Shown here piece after piece: positions 59,794 through 64,000 of a stretch of 64,000 nt of DNA. Every line of letters begins with the position of its first letter. Position 1 is the first letter of the stretch. This stretch comes from Actinomycetota bacterium (GTDB taxonomy: Bacteria > Actinomycetota > UBA4738): assembly GCA_036406615.1 (NCBI GenBank), contig DASXAQ010000103.1, positions 4,574 to 68,573 on the forward strand. The letters are read 5' to 3'. The notes beneath the pieces are model-generated. The model saw nothing but the letters and a program-made list of their open reading frames with translations. It ran no database searches and was not told the origin of the DNA. The position numbers and the translations under genes are program-made.

Positions 59794-61356
59794 GTGAGCC
59801 GCGGTTCCGACGTCGTTCCCGTGCGACGGGCGCTGGTCTCGGTCGCGGACAAGCGTGGCCTGGACGACCTCGGCCGCGCGCTGTCCTCGGCCGGCGTCAC
59901 GATCGTCTCCACCGGTTCGACCGCTGCCGCTCTCGCCGATGCCGGGGTGCCGGTCGCCGCGGTCGCCGACGTGACGGGGTTCCCGGAGATGCTGGACGGT
60001 CGCGTCAAGACGCTGCACCCGCGCATCCACGCAGGGATCCTGGCCGACCGTCGCAAGCCGGACCACCTGGAGGAGCTTCGCGCGCAGGGAATCGAGCCGA
60101 TCGACCTGGTGGTCGCCAGCCTGTACCCGTTCGAGCGCACGGTGGCGTCGGGCGCGGCGCACGACGAGGTGGTCGAGCAGATCGACATCGGCGGTCCGAC
60201 GCTGGTGCGGGCCGCCGCGAAGAACTTCGAGTCCGTCGGGGTGGTGGTCTCGCCGGACGACTACTCGACCGTTGCGGAGGAGATCGCGAACGCCGGCGGG
60301 TTGTCGCGCGAGACGCGGCTGGCGCTGGCGCGGCGCGCCTTCGATCACGTGGCCGCCTACGACGAGGCGATCGCCACCTGGTTCGCGGGGCCCGGGTTGT
60401 CAGGCCTGACCGAAGATGAGTTGCCAGCCCGCATCGCGCGCGTGTACGCGCGCCGCGCGTCGCTTCGCTACGGCGAGAACCCGCACCAGCGCGGTGGCCT
60501 GTATGCGCTGACGGGATCGGCGGGGCCGCTCGGCGGCGCGGAAGTCTTGCAGGGCAAGGAGATGTCGTTCAACAACTGGCTCGACGCCGAAGCGGCCAGG
60601 GGGGTCGCCGCCGGCTTCGAACGCCCGGTTGCCGTCATCGTCAAGCACCACAACCCGTGCGGGGTCGCGCTCGCGGACTCGCTCGCCGAGGCGTACTCGC
60701 GGGCCCTGGACGCCGACCGCGTGTCGGCGTTCGGCGGGATCGTGGCCTACAACGTGACCGTCGATGACGCCGCGGCCGAGGCGATGGCCGGCGTCTTCAC
60801 CGAGGTGGTCATCGCCCCGGCGTTCACGCCGGAGGCGCTCGACGCGTTCGCGGAGCGCGAGAACCTTCGCGTGGTTCGCGCGCCGATGCCGGAGGGCGGC
60901 GGGCTCGACGTGCGCCCGATCGACGGCGGAGCGCTGGTCGAGGACCAGGACCTGGTCGTGGAGTCCCGCGACGAGATGAAGGTCATGACGAGCCGCGAGC
61001 CGACCGAGTCCGAGTGGCGCGATCTGCTGTTCGCCTGGACCATCGCGGCGCGCGTGAAGTCGAATGCGATCGTCCTGGCACGGGACGAGGCGACGGTGGG
61101 GGTCGGCGCCGGCCAGATGAACCGCCTGTACTCGGTCGACATCGCGGCGCGCCACGCCGGCGAGCGGGCGCGCGACGCCGTGCTCGCGTCCGACGCGTTC
61201 TTCCCCTTCCGCGACGGCATCGACCGCGCGGCCGACGCCGGCGTGGCCGTGATCGTCCAGCCGGGCGGCGCCATGCGCGACGAGGAGATTGTCTCTGCCG
61301 CGGAGGAGCGCGGGATGGCGATGGTCTTCACGGGCCGCCGGCACTTCCGGCACTGA
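59794..61356 (+). CDS. purH: Bifunctional AICAR transformylase / IMP cyclohydrolase
   Basis: RALVSVADKRGL...KTLHPRIHAGIL (MGS-like) and C-terminal AICARFT domain ...GGAMRDEEI. Confidence 0.95.
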   Translation: MSRGSDVVPVRRALVSVADKRGLDDLGRALSSAGVTIVSTGSTAAALADAGVPVAAVADVTGFPEMLDGRVKTLHPRIHAGILADRRKPDHLEELRAQGIEPIDLVVASLYPFERTVASGAAHDEVVEQIDIGGPTLVRAAAKNFESVGVVVSPDDYSTVAEEIANAGGLSRETRLALARRAFDHVAAYDEAIATWFAGPGLSGLTEDELPARIARVYARRASLRYGENPHQRGGLYALTGSAGPLGGAEVLQGKEMSFNNWLDAEAARGVAAGFERPVAVIVKHHNPCGVALADSLAEAYSRALDADRVSAFGGIVAYNVTVDDAAAEAMAGVFTEVVIAPAFTPEALDAFAERENLRVVRAPMPEGGGLDVRPIDGGALVEDQDLVVESRDEMKVMTSREPTESEWRDLLFAWTIAARVKSNAIVLARDEATVGVGAGQMNRLYSVDIAARHAGERARDAVLASDAFFPFRDGIDRAADAGVAVIVQPGGAMRDEEIVSAAEERGMAMVFTGRRHFRH

Positions 61357-61394
61357 GCGGCCCCACCCGCGGTTCGTCGAGACGGAGGACGCGA

Positions 61395-62273
61395 GTGACC
61401 GCAACGATCATCGACGGCAAGGCGATCGCGGCCGCCGTCCGCGCCGAGGTCGCCGGCCGCGTGGCGGCACTTCGCGAGCGCGGCGTGACGCCGGGGCTGG
61501 CGGCCGTGCTCGTCGGCGACGACGAGCCATCCAAGATCTACGTCGGCGGGAAGGTGCGGGCGTGCGCCGAGGTGGGGATCCACTCGGAGCGGCTGGACCT
61601 GCCCGGCGACATCTCCCAGAAGGACCTGCTCGGCGAGATCGCCCGGCTGAACGCCGACGATTCGATCCACGGGATCCTCGTGCAGCTTCCGTTTCCCCCG
61701 CAGATCCAGGAGCTGGCGGTCCACCAGGCCCTGTCGGCCGACAAGGACGTCGACGGGCTCACCCCGGTGAGCGTGGGCCGGATGGAGCGGGGAGTCCCCA
61801 CGTTCCTGCCCTGCACGCCGCTCGGGATCGTCGAGATGCTGGTTCGCTCGGGCATCGAGATCGAACACCAGGAGGTGGTGATCGTCGGCCGCGGGCACCT
61901 GGTCGGCATGCCGCTGGCCATCATGCTGGCGCAGAAGGCGCCGAATGCGAACGCGACGGTGACGCTGTGCCACACGGGCACGCGAGACATCCCGGCACAC
62001 ACGCGGCGAGCCGACATCCTCGTCGTGGCCGCGGGACGGCCCGGCACCGTCACCGGGCCCCTGATCAAGCCCGGCGCCGCCGTGGTGGATGTGGCGGTCA
62101 ACCGCCGGCCGGACGGCAAGCTCGTTGGCGACGTGGACTTCGCCTCGGCCTCCGAGGTGGCCGGCGCGATCACGCCGGTGCCGGGCGGCGTGGGACCGAT
62201 GACCATCGCGATGCTGCTGTCGAACACGGTCACGTCTGCGGAGCGCCGGATCGGCGCCGGTCCGCCGCGATGA
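61395..62273 (+). CDS. folD: Bifunctional methylene-THF dehydrogenase / methenyl-THF cyclohydrolase
   Basis: TIIDGKAIAAAVRAEV...HGILVQLPFP...VIVGRGHLVGMPLA...PGGVGPMTIAML matches FolD. Confidence 0.93.
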   Translation: MTATIIDGKAIAAAVRAEVAGRVAALRERGVTPGLAAVLVGDDEPSKIYVGGKVRACAEVGIHSERLDLPGDISQKDLLGEIARLNADDSIHGILVQLPFPPQIQELAVHQALSADKDVDGLTPVSVGRMERGVPTFLPCTPLGIVEMLVRSGIEIEHQEVVIVGRGHLVGMPLAIMLAQKAPNANATVTLCHTGTRDIPAHTRRADILVVAAGRPGTVTGPLIKPGAAVVDVAVNRRPDGKLVGDVDFASASEVAGAITPVPGGVGPMTIAMLLSNTVTSAERRIGAGPPR

Positions 62274-63193
62274 CGATCCGTTCGGGGAGCCGGCTCGAAC
62301 GACTGCTGCACCACGGCGTGTTCTGCGTGACCGCGGAGGTGGTGCCGCCGCGCTCGGGGAATCCCGCCTCGGTCGACCACCAGGCGCGCGAGGTGATCGG
62401 CTACGCGGACGCCGTCAACGTCACCGACAACCCCACCGCCTCGGCGCACATGAGCGCCGTCGCCGGCGCGTCCCTCGTCGCGGAGTCCGGGCTCGAGCCG
62501 GTGGTGCAGCTGACGTGCCGGGATCGAAACCGGCTGGGGCTGACGAGCGACCTGCTCGGCGCCTGGGCGCTGGGCGCGCGGGCCGTGCTGTGCCTGACGG
62601 GGGACCCGCCGGATCGAGGCGACCACCCCGACGCGCCGGGCGTGTTCGACCTGACGAGCGTCGACCTGGTTGGACTGGCCGCGGGGCTTCGCGACCGCGG
62701 ACGTCTGCCGACCGGCGCGGAGGTGCCGGACGCGCCACGCTACTTCGTCGGCGTCGCCGACGTCCCGCTGGCGCAGCCGTACTCGTGGGAGGCGATCGAG
62801 CGCAAGGTCGATGCCGGGGCCGACTTCGTGCAGACGCAGATCGTGTTCGACGTGGAGGCGTTCGCCGCGTGGGCGGAGCAGGCGCGTTCGCGGGGATTGC
62901 TGGAGCGCGTGTTCGTGCTTGCCGGGGTCGCGATCCCGCGCGGCGCGGCCACGGCGCGATATCTGAAGACGCACGTCCCGGGCGTGATCGTGCCCGACGA
63001 CGTCGTCCGGCGTCTGGATGAGGCCGGCGACGACGCCGAGGAGGCGGGCGTACGGATCGCCGTGGAGCTCGTGGCGCGCTTGAAGGGGATCGCCGGCATC
63101 CACGGCGTGCACCTGATGGGGCTCGGGCGCACCGACCTGGTCCGGCGCGTGGTCACGGGGGCTGGGCTGCTGCCGCGCCCTGCGGTTGCCTAG
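62270..63193 (+). CDS. metF: Methylenetetrahydrofolate reductase (actinobacterial MetF-type)
   Basis: ATG overlaps the folD stop. FCVTAEVVPPRSGN...VNVTDNPTASAHMS...VQTQIVFD motifs of the FAD-dependent MTHFR TIM barrel. Placement in a folate operon supports the call. Confidence 0.75.
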   Translation: MTIRSGSRLERLLHHGVFCVTAEVVPPRSGNPASVDHQAREVIGYADAVNVTDNPTASAHMSAVAGASLVAESGLEPVVQLTCRDRNRLGLTSDLLGAWALGARAVLCLTGDPPDRGDHPDAPGVFDLTSVDLVGLAAGLRDRGRLPTGAEVPDAPRYFVGVADVPLAQPYSWEAIERKVDAGADFVQTQIVFDVEAFAAWAEQARSRGLLERVFVLAGVAIPRGAATARYLKTHVPGVIVPDDVVRRLDEAGDDAEEAGVRIAVELVARLKGIAGIHGVHLMGLGRTDLVRRVVTGAGLLPRPAVA

Positions 63194-63222
63194 GGACCGG
63201 GTCCGGAGAGGAACCGGGTACC

Positions 63223-64000
63223 TCAGGAAGCGATGGCCTCGCGGTCCTCGATCGCCACGTAGTGCAGATCGCGAGGCCCGACGTACACCGACTCGGGCCG
63301 GATCACCCGGTTGTTCGCGTACTGCTCCCGCACGTGCGCGGTCCACCCGGCGGACCGGGCTGCGGCGAACACCGGCGTGAACAGGTCGGTGGGCACGCCC
63401 AGCGAGCGCAGCGCGCTGGCGGCGTAGAAGTCGACGTTCGGGTACAGCTCGCGCTCGGCCAGGACCGCGTCCAGCACGGCCTCGGAGATCTCGAACCACC
63501 GGGTGTCCCCGCTCCGGCGCGCCAGGTCGCCGGCGAGCTCGCGGAAGATGGTGGCGCGCGGGTCCCACGTCCGGTACACGGGGTGGCCGAAGCCCATCAC
63601 CTTCTGTTTGCGCGCGAACAGGTCCTTCACGTACGGCGCGGCGCGAGTCGGATCGCCGATCTCATCGAGCATGCGCATCGCGCCCTCGTTCGCGCCGCCG
63701 TGCAGCGGACCCTTGAGCGCGGCGATCGCGGCCACCATCGCCGAGTGCATGTCGGCCAGCGTCGACGCCACGATCCGCGCCGCGAACGTGGACGCGTTCA
63801 TGGTGTGGTCGGCGTACAGGATGAACAGCACGTCGAATGCCCGTGCGGCCTCCTGGGCGGGCTCCTGGCCGTCCAGCATCGACAGGAAGTTGGCGGCGTG
63901 GGGGAGCCGGGGATCGGCGGACACGGGCGCCAGCTCGCGGCGGTGCCGGTCGTACACGGTGATGAGCGTGGGCATCAGCGCGACCAGCCGCATCGCCTTG
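63223..64000 (-). CDS. Citrate synthase / 2-methylcitrate synthase, C-terminal part (gene continues beyond the window end)
   Basis: GFGHPVYRTWDPRA...FYAASALRSLGV...catalytic His/Asp region of type II citrate synthases. No start codon within the window. Confidence 0.85.
   Translation of the reverse strand, partial: KAMRLVALMPTLITVYDRHRRELAPVSADPRLPHAANFLSMLDGQEPAQEAARAFDVLFILYADHTMNASTFAARIVASTLADMHSAMVAAIAALKGPLHGGANEGAMRMLDEIGDPTRAAPYVKDLFARKQKVMGFGHPVYRTWDPRATIFRELAGDLARRSGDTRWFEISEAVLDAVLAERELYPNVDFYAASALRSLGVPTDLFTPVFAAARSAGWTAHVREQYANNRVIRPESVYVGPRDLHYVAIEDREAIAS

Overview
This is a high-GC (~70%) Actinobacteria-like chromosomal segment from a conserved core region. It runs from the spc/alpha ribosomal-protein operons (rpsC' through rplQ-truA; 'rpsC'' marks the partial 3' end of rpsC cut by the window edge) through rplM-rpsI-glmM-glmS-acpS-nnr-alr, then tsaE-tsaB-rimI-tsaD, a CIRCE-controlled groES-groEL, cysC, guaB3-guaA, pcrA, sucCD and purN-purH-folD-metF, and ends in a partial citrate synthase gene. 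Gene order resembles the Mycobacterium/Streptomyces rplQ...groEL1 neighbourhood. Several things break that conserved order. (1) A polyprenyl-phosphate sugar-1-phosphate transferase gene sits between truA and rplM. (2) An insertion between tsaD and groES carries an NAD-epimerase, a zinc-ribbon membrane protein, and a lower-GC cobalamin-dependent (class B) radical-SAM enzyme with its own promoter. (3) An MBOAT + SGNH O-acyltransferase pair lies near the 40-44 kb region. (4) An alkaline-phosphatase-family protein is translationally coupled to APS kinase. (5) Most notably, an XRE-HTH + TPR regulator is divergently paired with a 32-codon signal-peptide-like ORF ending in GFPHWP. That layout matches Firmicute RNPP/Rgg peptide quorum-sensing cassettes, which to my knowledge are known only from Firmicutes. 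No rRNA, tRNA, CRISPR or obvious transposase was found. All calls come from reading the sequence and the six-frame track; no database searches were run.
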